Positions 38,111-49,046 of a stretch of 64,000 nt of DNA are shown piece after piece (the stretch's first letter is position 1; every line of letters begins with the position of its first letter). The notes beneath the pieces were generated by a model. The model searched no databases and was not told the DNA's origin. It saw nothing but the letters and a program-made list of their open reading frames with translations. The translations under genes were made by a program, and so were the position numbers. This DNA is from Candidatus Fraserbacteria bacterium (GTDB taxonomy: Bacteria > Bipolaricaulota > Bipolaricaulia > RBG-16-55-9 > DRXL01), in the NCBI GenBank assembly GCA_947085185.1, contig CAMTVK010000021.1:1-64000 (forward strand), written 5' to 3'.

Positions 38111-39247
38111 TCAAAGCGTGCGCTCAATATATACTCGCGCGACGCGCTTCGAGAGCGCCGTAAGCACGACTTCGGTAAAATTTGCCCCGATCTTGCGCGC
38201 AATCTCTTCGGCCGTGATGTGGGGACCAATCAGTTCGACTTCATCCCCGACTTGCGCTTCGGGAACATCTGTCACGTCGACAGTAATCTGGTCCATCGAG
38301 ATCGCGCCTACGATGGGGGCGCGCTTGCCGCCAATGACGACCTCTCCGACGTTGGCCAGCAGCCAGATCACTCCATCGGCGTAGCCCACGGGGATCGTGA
38401 CGATCTTTGCCTGTCTCTTCGTGTGAAAGCGTCGCCCGTAGCCGATAAAGCTCCCCGGCGGCAGCTCGTTCATGGTCACGATCCAGCTGCGCATTCTCAG
38501 AATGGGCTTGATCGGCTCCGTCCACGCTCGACGCACTTCGGGATACCCATAGAGTAAGATCCCCGGACGGATCATATTATAATAGCCCGTGGTCACCTCG
38601 CTCTCGTACTGCACTAGTCCTGAGCTGTTGGCAATATGTCTCAAGGGGGGAAGAATCCCCTCGCGATCGAGTTGGGCTAGGAGCTCGTGGAAGACGGCGA
38701 TCTGGTGTCGTGTGAATTGTTGGTCTTCTGCTTGTTCGCTGTACGAGCACGCAAAGTGCGAAAAGATCCCGGTGCATTCGAGTGAGGGCATAGCCGAGAT
38801 CGCTCGACAGATCGTGATAGTATCTTTGGGGAGGGCGCCGTTGCGCCCCATCCCCGTGTCAACTTTGACCTGCACGCGGACTCTGCGGCCCTGGTGCTGC
38901 GCCTCTGCGGCAAGCGCTTGCGCGAATTCCAAGCTCGAGATAGTGATATCTACGTCGGTGCGCACCAGCTCAGCAAGATGAGCTATTCTCGAAGAAGCTA
39001 GGATCAGAATGGGGGTTTTAATGCCGGCCTCACGCAGCTCTTGAGCTTCGGCGATATTGGCGACCCCAAAGTAATCAACGCCGGCTTGCTCAGCAGCGCG
39101 TGCGACGCCCACCGCGCCATGCCCGTAGGCGTCGGCCTTCACCGGGAAGAGAATCTTTATGCGCTCTCCTACCCGCGCGCGCACCGTCGCGATGTTCTGG
39201 GCAAGCTGCTTGAGATCTATGATGGCCTCGGACATGCATGGGCGCAT
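38111..39247 (-). CDS. alr: Alanine racemase family (PLP)
   Basis: VKADAYGHG, KVDTGMGR.G, SHF, IGYG, PVGYADG, SMDQ motifs; start could be 39235. Confidence 0.9.
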   Translation of the reverse strand: MRPCMSEAIIDLKQLAQNIATVRARVGERIKILFPVKADAYGHGAVGVARAAEQAGVDYFGVANIAEAQELREAGIKTPILILASSRIAHLAELVRTDVDITISSLEFAQALAAEAQHQGRRVRVQVKVDTGMGRNGALPKDTITICRAISAMPSLECTGIFSHFACSYSEQAEDQQFTRHQIAVFHELLAQLDREGILPPLRHIANSSGLVQYESEVTTGYYNMIRPGILLYGYPEVRRAWTEPIKPILRMRSWIVTMNELPPGSFIGYGRRFHTKRQAKIVTIPVGYADGVIWLLANVGEVVIGGKRAPIVGAISMDQITVDVTDVPEAQVGDEVELIGPHITAEEIARKIGANFTEVVLTALSKRVARVYIERTL

Positions 39248-39378
39248 ACCGTCGTCAGTATATGATCTTTTGGGCTGTGATCCAAGAGAGTTCGACCCTT
39301 GGGCACAAGACCAACTCCCGTGCTCATCAGGACGTGTGTCTCCTTCAGGAGGCGGTGTGCTGCGTACAATCAGCTCTC

Positions 39379-40119
39379 ATGAGCAATAAGACTATCGGGA
39401 TTTTAGGCGGCATGGGACCGGCGGCCACGGTCGAGCTCTTCCGACGCATCGTGCTCTTGACGCCCGCACAGTGTGATCAAGATCACATTCCCGTCGTTAT
39501 AGATAATAATCCCCAGATTCCCGATCGGGGGCCGTTCATCTTAGAAGGTGGGCCTGATCCTCGTCCGGCCCTCTGCCGCAGCGCAAGAAAGTTAGAGCGC
39601 ATGGGCGCCAGCTTCATCGTCATGCCGTGCAATACGGCTCATGTCTTCTTGCCCTATCTGAGGAAAGCCGTTCGTATCCCGTTTATAGATATGGTCGCGG
39701 AGACGGCTCAGAGAATTTCAGAATCTCTCGTGGGGTTGCTTGCGACCGAGACGACCGTGCGCACGAGGCTCTATCACGACGCGTGTGCACCGTATGGGAT
39801 TGAAGTCCTGACGCCCTTCGTGGACGACCAAGCCCGCGTGATGGAGATTATTTATGCGATCAAGGGTGGTGCGTTCGATCTCGTGATGAAGCGTGATCTG
39901 CGCGCGATCGCCGCGCGCTTGCGCGAGCGTGGCGCCGCTGCGCTTATAGTGGGGTGCACCGAGCTCTCGCTTGTCATATGCCAAGACGATTTTGATGGGA
40001 TAGTCTACGATGCTTTGGATATCTTAGCGCGCGCGGCAGTGCGCGAGGCTCTCTGGACTCACCAGACGAGGGAGCGCGTGCGCATGAGCGAAGCTGATTG
40101 TACACGAAAGCTGCTATGA
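39379..40119 (+). CDS. Aspartate/glutamate racemase family
   Basis: IGILGGMGP.AT, PCNTAH, GCTEL (two catalytic Cys). Confidence 0.92.
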   Translation: MSNKTIGILGGMGPAATVELFRRIVLLTPAQCDQDHIPVVIDNNPQIPDRGPFILEGGPDPRPALCRSARKLERMGASFIVMPCNTAHVFLPYLRKAVRIPFIDMVAETAQRISESLVGLLATETTVRTRLYHDACAPYGIEVLTPFVDDQARVMEIIYAIKGGAFDLVMKRDLRAIAARLRERGAAALIVGCTELSLVICQDDFDGIVYDALDILARAAVREALWTHQTRERVRMSEADCTRKLL

Positions 40120-40535
40120 ATCTGAACTGGGAGTTAGCAGCACGACTCGTAGTGGCAGCGTTATTTGGGGCATTGATCGGCTGGGAGCGCGAGCGGGCCC
40201 AGCGCCCTGCGGGCTTGAGAACCTATATGCTTGTCGCTTTTGGCGCAGCGCTCTTTACGGTGCTCTCTCTCACGGGGTTTGGGCCTGGTGCCGATCCTGG
40301 GCGGTTGGCGGCGAACATCGCTGTAGGGATCGGGTTTTTAGGGGCAGGCACGATCTTTCGTGAGGGGGAAGTCGTGCGCGGGCTGACCACGGCTGCCGGG
40401 CTCTGGACTGTAGCAGCCATTGGGATGGCCGCTGGGGTTGGAGAATATCTCCTTGCGGGGATCTCAACCGCGATCGTGCTCGTTATATTAGGCGGCGTGC
40501 GCGTCTTAGAGACGCACAAGAACTCCAGGCTATAG
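40116..40535 (+). CDS. MgtC/SapB family membrane protein
   Basis: IGWERE...PAGLRT, GIGFLGAG.I, GLTTAA.LW motifs. Confidence 0.93.
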   Translation: MNLNWELAARLVVAALFGALIGWERERAQRPAGLRTYMLVAFGAALFTVLSLTGFGPGADPGRLAANIAVGIGFLGAGTIFREGEVVRGLTTAAGLWTVAAIGMAAGVGEYLLAGISTAIVLVILGGVRVLETHKNSRL

Positions 40536-41156
40536 TCTCCGGCTGAGCGCCATGCCGTCGCGCAACGGGACGATCACCGTCTCTAGGAATGGGTGCTTTT
40601 TGAGATATTCGTTGAACTCTCGGATCGCTTGGGTAGTAGCATCGGAGTCGTCTCCGACGACTCGGCCGCTCCAGAGGACGTTATCGGTCACGATGAGCGC
40701 GCCGCGCTTCAGCTTGGGGAGCGCTACTTCTAGCAGCGCTCTGTATTGATGCTTCTCGGCGTCGAGGAAGAGAAAATCGAATCTCCCTCGCAGGGTGGGG
40801 ATCACGTCCATGCCATCGCCCACCAAGACGGTGACGCGGCGGCTCAAGCCCGCTTCGGCGATGTTGCGTCGGGCTTCTTCGGCTCTCTGCTCGTTGTACT
40901 CAATAGTTATGAGGCGTCCGCTGTGGCAAGCTCGCGCCAGCCAGATCGTCGAGTACCCGATCGCCGTGCCGATCTCTAGGATTCTCTTTGCGCGTGCTAG
41001 GCGTGCTAAGAGATAGAGAAATCGTCCCGCATGCGGGCCAACGATGGGAATATTTCGGGCTTGGGCTTCTTGCTCTAAGCGCACCAAGATCGGATCGCGC
41101 GGGGGCAAGAGCTCATAGAGATACTGTTCTACAGCGGGGTTGGTGATGCCGTTCAT
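40530..41156 (-). CDS. O-methyltransferase (YrrM/TrmR-like)
   Basis: ILEIGTAIGYST, FD..FLDA.K, DNVLW.G motifs. Confidence 0.9.
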   Translation of the reverse strand: MNGITNPAVEQYLYELLPPRDPILVRLEQEAQARNIPIVGPHAGRFLYLLARLARAKRILEIGTAIGYSTIWLARACHSGRLITIEYNEQRAEEARRNIAEAGLSRRVTVLVGDGMDVIPTLRGRFDFLFLDAEKHQYRALLEVALPKLKRGALIVTDNVLWSGRVVGDDSDATTQAIREFNEYLKKHPFLETVIVPLRDGMALSRRL

Positions 41157-41179
41157 ACATAGTATCATAGAGCAAGGGG

Positions 41180-41968
41180 ATGCCCAGCGCAAGCCCGATG
41201 CGTATGTGCCCAGATCGTGATAGACCGATTCATCTGAAGCTTGTTCAGATCAGCAAGAGCTTTTCTCGTGATGGGCTGCGGTTGCCGGTGCTGGACAAGA
41301 TCGATTTAGAAGTTCGAGCCGGGGAACTGGTCGCGCTGATAGGCCCCAGCGGCTGTGGCAAGACCACGCTCTTGCACATCATCGCTGGGGTGATCGCGCC
41401 AGATTCAGGGACGATCTATGTGAACGGCTCTCCGATCGTGGGGAACAGACAGGTCGCCTATATGCAACAGAAGGATCTGCTCTTGCCCTGGCGGACTGCT
41501 CTTGCGAACGCGATCCTTGGCCCGGAGATCGCCGGGGAAGACTTAAAAGAAGCTGAAGAGTGCGCACGGCAGCTCTTTGCAGAGTTTGGGCTTATGGGCT
41601 TTGAGAGTGCTTATCCAGCCCAGCTTTCCGCGGGGATGCGCCAGCGCGTCGCCCTCATCCGCACCTTGCTGTCTCGAAAAGAGATTCTCTTGCTCGATGA
41701 GCCCTTCGGAGCGCTCGACGCCCTCACCCGAGCTGAGCTGCACGAATGGCTCTTGCGCGCTTGGGAAAAGTCTCCCCAGACGACGCTCTTTGTCACCCAC
41801 GACGTCGAAGAGGCACTCAAGCTCGCTGACAGAGTCTATGTGCTCTCGGGGCGTCCCGCGCGCGTCAAAGCTCTCATTACGGTCTGTCTGGGGCGTCCAC
41901 GTGACCCAACTCACCCTGATTTTGTCGCATTGAAAGCCGAGCTCTGGCGCGCGTTGCAGGCCTCTTGA
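41180..41968 (+). CDS. ABC transporter ATPase (SsuB/TauB/ThiZ-like)
   Basis: GPSGCGKTT, LLLPWRT, LSAGMRQR, LDEPFGALDALTR, VTHDVEEA; start uncertain. Confidence 0.88.
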   Translation: MPSASPMRMCPDRDRPIHLKLVQISKSFSRDGLRLPVLDKIDLEVRAGELVALIGPSGCGKTTLLHIIAGVIAPDSGTIYVNGSPIVGNRQVAYMQQKDLLLPWRTALANAILGPEIAGEDLKEAEECARQLFAEFGLMGFESAYPAQLSAGMRQRVALIRTLLSRKEILLLDEPFGALDALTRAELHEWLLRAWEKSPQTTLFVTHDVEEALKLADRVYVLSGRPARVKALITVCLGRPRDPTHPDFVALKAELWRALQAS

Positions 41969-41993
41969 CAGGACCCATACAGAGTGCTATACT
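41965..41993 (+). promoter_or_regulatory. Sigma70-type promoter for the thi operon
   Basis: TTGACA (41965-41970), 17 nt spacer, TATACT (41988-41993). Confidence 0.8.
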
Positions 41994-42000
41994 CTCTGTG

Positions 42001-42095
42001 TCACAGGGGAGCTCGGGGAACCGGGCTGAGAGGGTCTCTACTCTGAGACCGACCCTTGGAACCTGATCCGGGTAATGCCGGCGTAGGGAACCTTC
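42001..42095 (+). ncRNA. TPP riboswitch
   Basis: GGGGAGC...GCTGAGAG...GACCCTTGGAACCTGATCCGGGTAATGCCGGCGTAGGGAA consensus. Downstream CCTTC/TCCTCC can pair with the GAAGGAGG RBS, suggesting translational control. Confidence 0.95.
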
Positions 42096-42144
42096 AGCGT
42101 CCTCCCGAGATCTCTCCGAGAAACTCTCGAAGGAGGGATCTATC

Positions 42145-43176
42145 ATGCTGCGTCGCGTAGCGCTCGTCGCGCTGCTCAGCGGATTGGTGCTGGCTTGGGG
42201 AGACTCTTTGGCCCAAGTCGGCGAGGGCTCTAAGCTCGTCGTCTATACCTACGAGAGCTTCGTCGCATGGGGACCGGCAAAGTTCATCAAGACCGAGTTT
42301 GAAAAGCAACATCCTGGCCTTGAAGTCGAATTCGTGGCTGCGGGGCCAAGCCGAGCGATGTTTGCTCGCCTGGTCAACGAGACGATCTCCGGGGGTACAC
42401 CCGCCGATCTCTTCCTTGGCGAGATCAACGACGTGCCCCGAGCGAAAAAGTTCGGACTCTTTGCCCCAATCACCCCTCAAGAGATCCCTAATCTCCAGTT
42501 CGTCCCTCAAGAATTGTTGCTCGACCCAGATCTCACAATCGTCCCCTATGAGCATGGGTTCATCACGCTCGTCTACGATAGCACCAAGCTCCAGCCCCAA
42601 GAGCTGCCCAAGACGTTTGAAGACCTCACCAAGCCCCAGTACCGAAAGAAGCTCATCGTGCAGAATGCTCTGACATCGAGCGTGGGCCAGTCGTTCTTGT
42701 TCTGGACTATCTTTAATTATGGGGATGGCAAATATCTGGAGTACTGGAGGAGGCTCCTGCCCTCGATCCTAACGATTCAGCCCGGCTGGAGCGCGGCGTA
42801 CAAGCTCTTCACCAAGGGCGAAGCCCCCATGGTCGTGAGCTTCTCCACCGATGCGTGCTTCGACGCGCGCTACCAGCCACTCTTGCTCAATTCCCAAGGA
42901 TACCGCACAATCTTTGGGGCAAGTGTCGTCAAGAGCACAGACAACCCCAAGCTCGCCCGAGAGTTCATAAATTTCTTGCTCTCGGTCGCAGTCCAAGAGA
43001 AGCTGCCCGATACGGAAGTGATGTTCCCGGCAAACTCTCAAGCGAAGCTCCCCGAAAGATGGCGCACTTGTGCGGTCGTGCCCTCTGAGCCAGTGATGAT
43101 CCCCCTTAATTATGTAGCTGAGCATGCCGACCGCTGGCTGGAGGAGTGGGCCCGTTTGGTCGTGACAGGACGGTAG
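42145..43176 (+). CDS. thiB: Thiamine ABC transporter substrate-binding protein
   Basis: LVVYTYESF..WG, TSS.G..FL, GWSAAY.LF..GEAPMVVS; follows a TPP riboswitch. Confidence 0.9.
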   Translation: MLRRVALVALLSGLVLAWGDSLAQVGEGSKLVVYTYESFVAWGPAKFIKTEFEKQHPGLEVEFVAAGPSRAMFARLVNETISGGTPADLFLGEINDVPRAKKFGLFAPITPQEIPNLQFVPQELLLDPDLTIVPYEHGFITLVYDSTKLQPQELPKTFEDLTKPQYRKKLIVQNALTSSVGQSFLFWTIFNYGDGKYLEYWRRLLPSILTIQPGWSAAYKLFTKGEAPMVVSFSTDACFDARYQPLLLNSQGYRTIFGASVVKSTDNPKLAREFINFLLSVAVQEKLPDTEVMFPANSQAKLPERWRTCAVVPSEPVMIPLNYVAEHADRWLEEWARLVVTGR

Positions 43177-43179
43177 CTT

Positions 43180-44886
43180 GTGAGCGCGCGAAAGTGGGGA
43201 GGGGAGCAGGCTCTGCTCGCCCTCCCCTTGCTCTTCTTAGCGATCTTCTTCTATGGGCCCTTGGTGAACTTGCTGCGCCAGGGCCTCACCAGAGATGGAG
43301 CGCCTTCGCTGGACTTTATCCAAGCAGTCCTCACCGATGACTATTTTCAGCATGTCATTCTCTTTACGCTCGCTCAGGCGCTCCTGAGCACCCTGGCCAG
43401 CATTGCTCTTGGGCTGCCCTTGGCGTATCTCCTTGTGCACTATGACTTCCCCCTCAAGAGAGTCGTGCGCTCTTTGACGATTGTGCCCTTTGTGCTGCCG
43501 GCGATCACGGTCGCGCTGGGGTTCGCGTTGCTCTTTGGGCGCACTGGGTATCTCAATCGGTTCTTGATGGGGCTCTTTGAGCTGAGCGAGCCGCCCCTCC
43601 CCATTATGTATTCCCTGACGGGGATAGTGCTCGCGCATGCGTTTTATAACGCTCCGATCATCACGCGCGCGGTGCACGCCGCGTGGGAGCGCTTAGACCC
43701 ACGATATGAAGAGAGCGCGCGGGCTTTGGGAGCTTCGCGCTTTTATATCTTCAAAGATATCACCCTGCCCATGCTGCTGCCGGGGGTGCTCAGCGGCGCA
43801 GCGTTAGTATTTATCTTTTGCTTTCTGAGTTTTCCCATCGTATTATCCGTGGGCGGAGGACGATTCTCGACCATCGAAGTCGAGATCTATACGAGAGTTG
43901 TCACCCGGCTCGATCCCCAGTTTATAAATTACAAAATAGGCGCAGCGTTGGCGCTTGTTGGCCTTGTGATCTCTTTAGGGATGACGTATTTCTATGTGCG
44001 CTTGCAGGGGGAGTTTGCGCGTCAGGTGGAACACGTGCGCCCGCGGCCTACTGTGCCGCTCTTTCGGGGAGTTCGCGATCTTTTCCGTCCGACCAGGCTC
44101 GTGCTCTTTCTGTATGTGCTTGTCAGCGTGGTGCTATTTCTTGGCCCTATCCTTGCAGTCGTCGCGGATTCCCTCTGGGAGGACACTCCCGCAGGGGGCC
44201 GCTGGACCCTCCGCTGGTACTCATATATATTTGCGCCGGACTACGAAGCGCTCCTGGGGGATTCGCCCCTGCAGGCGATCTTCAACAGCATCGGCTTTGG
44301 TGTGGCCGCGACGCTCATCGCTCTGCCCATGGGAATGGTGTTCGCGTATGTCATTGCTCGGCTGCGCTGGAGGGGACAACGGCTCTTTGATGCGCTGCTT
44401 ATGGCCCCGTTGGCGACGTCCTCGATCGTTGTGGCGTTTGCCCTGCTGCAGACGTTTAACGCGCCGCCGCTGCGGCTAGTCGGCACAGCCAGCGCCGTGA
44501 TCATCGCGCACGCGGTCATTATCTTCCCGTTTATCGTGCGGGCGCTCGTGCCGGTCTGGGAGAATCTCGACTTCAAGCTTGTAGAGATGGCTCGCAGTTT
44601 AGGGGCGTCGCGCCTGCGGGCGCTGCGCGAGATTGAGCTGCCCCTCTTAGCTGGTGGGCTGCTTGCCGGAGCGGTCTTCGCCTTTGCCCTGAGTTTAGGG
44701 GAGATGAGCGCGACATTGATGCTTGCCCGACCGGGACTGAACACCATGCCCGTGGCGGTCTATAGATTTCTCAGCCAGCATGCGCTTGGGGCGCCCAGCG
44801 CCATGAGCACGGTGATGATCGTCGTCTCGGCGGTGGCGTTTATAGTATTGGAGCGCTGGGGGGAGCGAGCGCTTAAGCGCTTGTAG
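43180..44886 (+). CDS. thiP: Thiamine ABC transporter permease
   Basis: Duplicated permease with FT..QA.LST, AH.FYN.P and EESARALGA motifs; operon context. Confidence 0.88.
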   Translation: MSARKWGGEQALLALPLLFLAIFFYGPLVNLLRQGLTRDGAPSLDFIQAVLTDDYFQHVILFTLAQALLSTLASIALGLPLAYLLVHYDFPLKRVVRSLTIVPFVLPAITVALGFALLFGRTGYLNRFLMGLFELSEPPLPIMYSLTGIVLAHAFYNAPIITRAVHAAWERLDPRYEESARALGASRFYIFKDITLPMLLPGVLSGAALVFIFCFLSFPIVLSVGGGRFSTIEVEIYTRVVTRLDPQFINYKIGAALALVGLVISLGMTYFYVRLQGEFARQVEHVRPRPTVPLFRGVRDLFRPTRLVLFLYVLVSVVLFLGPILAVVADSLWEDTPAGGRWTLRWYSYIFAPDYEALLGDSPLQAIFNSIGFGVAATLIALPMGMVFAYVIARLRWRGQRLFDALLMAPLATSSIVVAFALLQTFNAPPLRLVGTASAVIIAHAVIIFPFIVRALVPVWENLDFKLVEMARSLGASRLRALREIELPLLAGGLLAGAVFAFALSLGEMSATLMLARPGLNTMPVAVYRFLSQHALGAPSAMSTVMIVVSAVAFIVLERWGERALKRL

Positions 44887-44890
44887 GGCT

Positions 44891-45967
44891 ATGCGCGTCA
44901 CTCTCCACAAAATCACAAAACGCTTCGGCTCAACGGGTGCTCTCGAGGGCGTCTCTCTTGAGATAAACGATGGAGAGCTGCTGGCGCTGGTGGGCCCCAG
45001 CGGCTGCGGCAAGACGACTCTTCTGAGAGTAGTCGCGGGTTTAGAAACCCCCGACTCTGGAGATATTCTCTTTGACGGGCGGAGTGTGCTGAGCGTGCCA
45101 CCGGAGCGGCGCGGGGTCGGATTAGTCTTTCAAAATTACGCGCTCTTCCCGCATATGACGGTCTTTCATAATATTGCGTATGGGCTGAAGTTTGCAAAAA
45201 ATCTCCCAGTGAGTGTGCCAGGGCGAGTGCGAGAGCTTTTGAAGCTGATGGGGTTAGAAGGGCTGGAAGATCGGATGCCCTCGGAGCTCTCGGCGGGGCA
45301 GCAACAGCGCGTGGCGCTGGCGCGCGCGCTCGCCCCCAATCCCAACGTGCTCTTGCTCGATGAACCCCTCAGTGCTCTTGACGCGAAGCTGCGTGAGCGC
45401 CTCCGCGTAGAGATAAAGAAGATTCAAAGGGCTTTTAAGATCACAACGCTCTACGTCACCCACGACCAAGAAGAAGCCCTCGCTGTGGCGGATCGGGTCG
45501 CGGTCATGAGCGTCGCGCGTATTGAGCAGGTCGGAGCACCCACAGAGATTTATAACGCTCCCGCGACGGAGTTTGTCGCGCGCTTTATCGGCCGTGGGAA
45601 TCTGCTTCAAGGGCGGGTCGTGCGCTGCGACCGCGAAGAGCTCGTGCTCTCCGTAGGGGATGGCTTCATTCGCACGCGCGCGGACGGCTCTCTCTGGGTC
45701 GGCCAAGCGATTGCTGTGTTGGTGCGGCCGGAGCGCATCCGGTTCGATCGCTACGCTGACAATATCTTGATGGGGACTGTTGTAGGAAGGGAGTTCGCTG
45801 GAGATGCCCTGTGGCTTCATATTGAGACGGCGGCTGGGGTCTTGGTGGTGAAGGCCGACGCTGCCCAGAGCACCATCGCCGATGGCGATGCCGTCCAGAT
45901 AGGGTTTAGCGCTGCGGATGTCTGGGTCGTCACCGATCGAAGATTGCCATCCACACCGTCACGATGA
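44891..45967 (+). CDS. thiQ: Thiamine ABC transporter ATPase
   Basis: GPSGCGKTT, FQNYALFPHM, LSAGQQQRVALARAL, VTHDQEEA; operon context. Confidence 0.82.
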   Translation: MRVTLHKITKRFGSTGALEGVSLEINDGELLALVGPSGCGKTTLLRVVAGLETPDSGDILFDGRSVLSVPPERRGVGLVFQNYALFPHMTVFHNIAYGLKFAKNLPVSVPGRVRELLKLMGLEGLEDRMPSELSAGQQQRVALARALAPNPNVLLLDEPLSALDAKLRERLRVEIKKIQRAFKITTLYVTHDQEEALAVADRVAVMSVARIEQVGAPTEIYNAPATEFVARFIGRGNLLQGRVVRCDREELVLSVGDGFIRTRADGSLWVGQAIAVLVRPERIRFDRYADNILMGTVVGREFAGDALWLHIETAAGVLVVKADAAQSTIADGDAVQIGFSAADVWVVTDRRLPSTPSR

Positions 45968-46568
45968 GCGTTACGGCAATGAAGACCCAGACGTTGAGGA
46001 ACCAGACAGCCGCGATCACGCTATAGATAAATCCGCGCCGTCCCAAGGTGTAACCGTCGCTGCCGCGCATGAACAGATCCGTCAGATATTGAGAGGGCTC
46101 GGTGCCCTCCATCTGGTGGAGCGTGGTGGGCGGAGCGCTGATGAGTATGGACAACAGATTGAAGTAGCGCAGTGCCACAAGGAAGCTGAAAAATGAGAGA
46201 GCCAGCGTGAAGATGATCGTCCAGATCGGGTAATCTTGGGGGCGCAGGCCCCGGCTGGGCAAGTGGGGCAGCTCGATGATCGCTTCCCAGACACCGCTGA
46301 AGCTGATAATAAACCCCAACAGGAGCACGCTCGCTGACGCTAAGAACGTCACGGACATAATAATATTGCGGAGCTGATGCACAACGAGCAGGTGATCCCC
46401 CGATTCGAGGGCGTTCATGAGGGCGCCAGCGACGGCGTGGCGCATCCGGCCCTTGCGCGTTGCGTGAGACCGTCGACGCGACAGATAAAAATACACAAAA
46501 TGATACCCATAGAAGCATCCGAAGAACGTGACGAGAGCCACGATCGTCTCAGGGGTGAGGGTTTGCAT
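45930..46568 (-). CDS. DUF599-like membrane protein
   Basis: LLVVHQLRN.IM...FLAS and F....RYFN patterns with several TM segments. Confidence 0.72.
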   Translation of the reverse strand: MQTLTPETIVALVTFFGCFYGYHFVYFYLSRRRSHATRKGRMRHAVAGALMNALESGDHLLVVHQLRNIIMSVTFLASASVLLLGFIISFSGVWEAIIELPHLPSRGLRPQDYPIWTIIFTLALSFFSFLVALRYFNLLSILISAPPTTLHQMEGTEPSQYLTDLFMRGSDGYTLGRRGFIYSVIAAVWFLNVWVFIAVTLIVTVWMAIFDR

Positions 46569-46673
46569 AGTCTTATTTATACAGGGTCGCTGACGCTTGA
46601 GCAAGCTTGACAGGCCCTCACGGCGAAAGTAAAATCTCTTGGAACTCTCTGAAAGAAGGTAGGTGCCCCTTCT

Positions 46674-49046
46674 GTGAACTCGCTCGCACCTCCGGCAGGG
46701 TTTGAGTTGGTTGATACAAGCCGTGTGGAACTTCCCACGGTGTTGTCTATATTGCCTTTGAAAAATACGGTGGTCTTTCCTCACTCGGTCTTGCCTTTGA
46801 CGGTGGGCCGCGAAAGCTCAGTCAAGCTTATCGAGGATGCGCTGGCGGGCACGAGGATCATCGGGGTACTCACGCAGCGCGATCCCAACGTCGAGCATCC
46901 CACCCGTGAGGACGTCTATCATATCGGGACGATCTGCAAGATCGCGCGGGTGCTCAAGACCCCCAACAATGCGCTCTTGCTCTGGGTGCAGGGGCTGAGC
47001 CGTTTTGCTGTCGAGACGTTTACTCAAGAGACGCCCTACTTGGTCGCCCAGATCAAGCCGTTGGAATCGGTCGTCGAAGAAGATATTGAAACAGAAGCGC
47101 TGAGCAAGCAAGTCGCGGCGCTCTTCCAAAAGATGCTCTCCCTCATGCCCAACCCGCACATGGAGATCCATGCGATGGCCTCAAGCTTGAGCGATCCGGG
47201 GCATCTGGCGGACTTCATTACAGCGAATCTCGACGTGGAGGTCGAGGCCAAACAGCGGGTGCTCGAGACGCTCAACGTGAAGGAGCGTCTGACTTTCGTC
47301 TTACGGTTGCTCGAAGAAGAGAACGAGATTTTAGAAGTGGGCTCGCGCATCCACACCCGAGTTCAAGAGGAGATCGGTCGGTCCACACGAGAGAGGATCT
47401 TGCGCGAGCAGATGGAGGCGATCAAGAAGGAGCTCGGAGAAGAAGAAGGCCCGGAGATCGAGGAGCTGCGCCGCAAGATCAAGCAAGCTAAGATGCCTAA
47501 GGACGCCGAGAAAGAAGCCCTGCGCGAGCTCGAGCGCCTGGCGCAGATGCACCCCAGCTCGGCGGAGTACACGGTCTCGCGTACGTATTTGGATTGGTTG
47601 ATCGCGTTGCCGTGGTCGAAAGCGACCAAAGATATGCTCGATATTGCGCGCGCTCGCCAGATTCTCGATGAAGATCACTATAACTTAGAGAAGGTGAAAG
47701 AGCGCATCTTGGAGTACTTAGCGGTGCTCAAGCTCAAGAAGGACATGAAAGGGCCGATCTTGTGTCTGGTGGGGCCGCCGGGGGTGGGGAAGACGTCTCT
47801 GGGGCGCTCGATTGCCCGTGCGTTGGGGAGAAAATTCGTGCGCATCTCTTTGGGGGGCGTGCGCGATGAAGCTGAGATTCGTGGGCATCGGCGCACCTAC
47901 GTGGGCGCACTGCCCGGACGGATTATTCAAGGGCTGCGCCGCGCCAACTCGAAAAACCCCGTGTTCATGCTCGATGAGATAGACAAGATGAGCAGCGACT
48001 TTCGCGGCGATCCCGCCTCGGCCTTGCTCGAGGTCCTCGACCCAGAGCAGAACAATAATTTCACGGATCACTACTTAGATCTGCCGTTCGATCTGTCGCG
48101 GGTGCTCTTCATCACGACAGCCAATGTGTTATATACTATTCCCAGCCCCTTGCTCGACCGCATGGAGGTGCTCGAGCTGCCTGGGTACTCTGAGGACGAA
48201 AAGATTCAGATCGCCCAGAGATATTTGATCCCTAAGCAGATCAAAGCGCATGGGTTGCGGGCGCATCACGTGGAGTTCAGCGACGCGGCGCTGCGCCAGA
48301 TCATTCGCGACTACACCCACGAAGCAGGGGTGAGAAATCTGGAGCGCGAGATCGGCGCAGTCTGTCGGAAGATCGCTGTGCAGGTCGCTGAGAAGAAAGA
48401 TCGCTCCAGGCGATTCATTGAGCCAGCCGACGTGAGCAAGATGCTTGGGCCACCACGGTACTTTTCAGAGGTGTCCGAGCGCTTGACGAAGTCCGGCGTG
48501 GCCATCGGCATGGTGGTCACCCAAGTCGGCGGGGATATTGTCTTCATCGAGGCGACCAAGATGAAGGGCAAAGGCGAGCTCAAGCTCACCGGGCAGCTTG
48601 GGGAGGTGATGCGCGAGTCCGCGCAAGCCGCGCTCAGCTACATTCGTGCTCATGCTGAACAGTTCGGGATTGATCCAGACTTCTTTGCCACCCATGATAT
48701 TCATATTCACGTGCCTGAGGGGGCCATCCCCAAGGACGGCCCCTCGGCGGGCGTGACGCTCGTGACGGCGTTGGTGTCGCTCTTGACCGATACGCCAGTG
48801 CAGCCCGATTTAGCTATGACCGGCGAGATCACCCTGCGCGGCAAGGTCCTGCCCGTCGGTGGGATCCGGGAGAAGGTGCTTGCGGCTCATCGCACGGGGA
48901 TCAAGACCGTGATCTTGCCCAAGCGCAACGAAAAAGATTTAGAAGAGCTACCGCAGAACGTCAAAGACGCGTTGCGCATTGAGTTTGTCGAAGAGATCTC
49001 AGAGGTCTTAGAGATCGCGCTCCCTCGCTATGCCGAAGTCTCCTAA
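46674..49046 (+). CDS. lon: Lon protease
   Basis: [40 protein letters not shown] motifs. Confidence 0.98.
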   Translation: MNSLAPPAGFELVDTSRVELPTVLSILPLKNTVVFPHSVLPLTVGRESSVKLIEDALAGTRIIGVLTQRDPNVEHPTREDVYHIGTICKIARVLKTPNNALLLWVQGLSRFAVETFTQETPYLVAQIKPLESVVEEDIETEALSKQVAALFQKMLSLMPNPHMEIHAMASSLSDPGHLADFITANLDVEVEAKQRVLETLNVKERLTFVLRLLEEENEILEVGSRIHTRVQEEIGRSTRERILREQMEAIKKELGEEEGPEIEELRRKIKQAKMPKDAEKEALRELERLAQMHPSSAEYTVSRTYLDWLIALPWSKATKDMLDIARARQILDEDHYNLEKVKERILEYLAVLKLKKDMKGPILCLVGPPGVGKTSLGRSIARALGRKFVRISLGGVRDEAEIRGHRRTYVGALPGRIIQGLRRANSKNPVFMLDEIDKMSSDFRGDPASALLEVLDPEQNNNFTDHYLDLPFDLSRVLFITTANVLYTIPSPLLDRMEVLELPGYSEDEKIQIAQRYLIPKQIKAHGLRAHHVEFSDAALRQIIRDYTHEAGVRNLEREIGAVCRKIAVQVAEKKDRSRRFIEPADVSKMLGPPRYFSEVSERLTKSGVAIGMVVTQVGGDIVFIEATKMKGKGELKLTGQLGEVMRESAQAALSYIRAHAEQFGIDPDFFATHDIHIHVPEGAIPKDGPSAGVTLVTALVSLLTDTPVQPDLAMTGEITLRGKVLPVGGIREKVLAAHRTGIKTVILPKRNEKDLEELPQNVKDALRIEFVEEISEVLEIALPRYAEVS

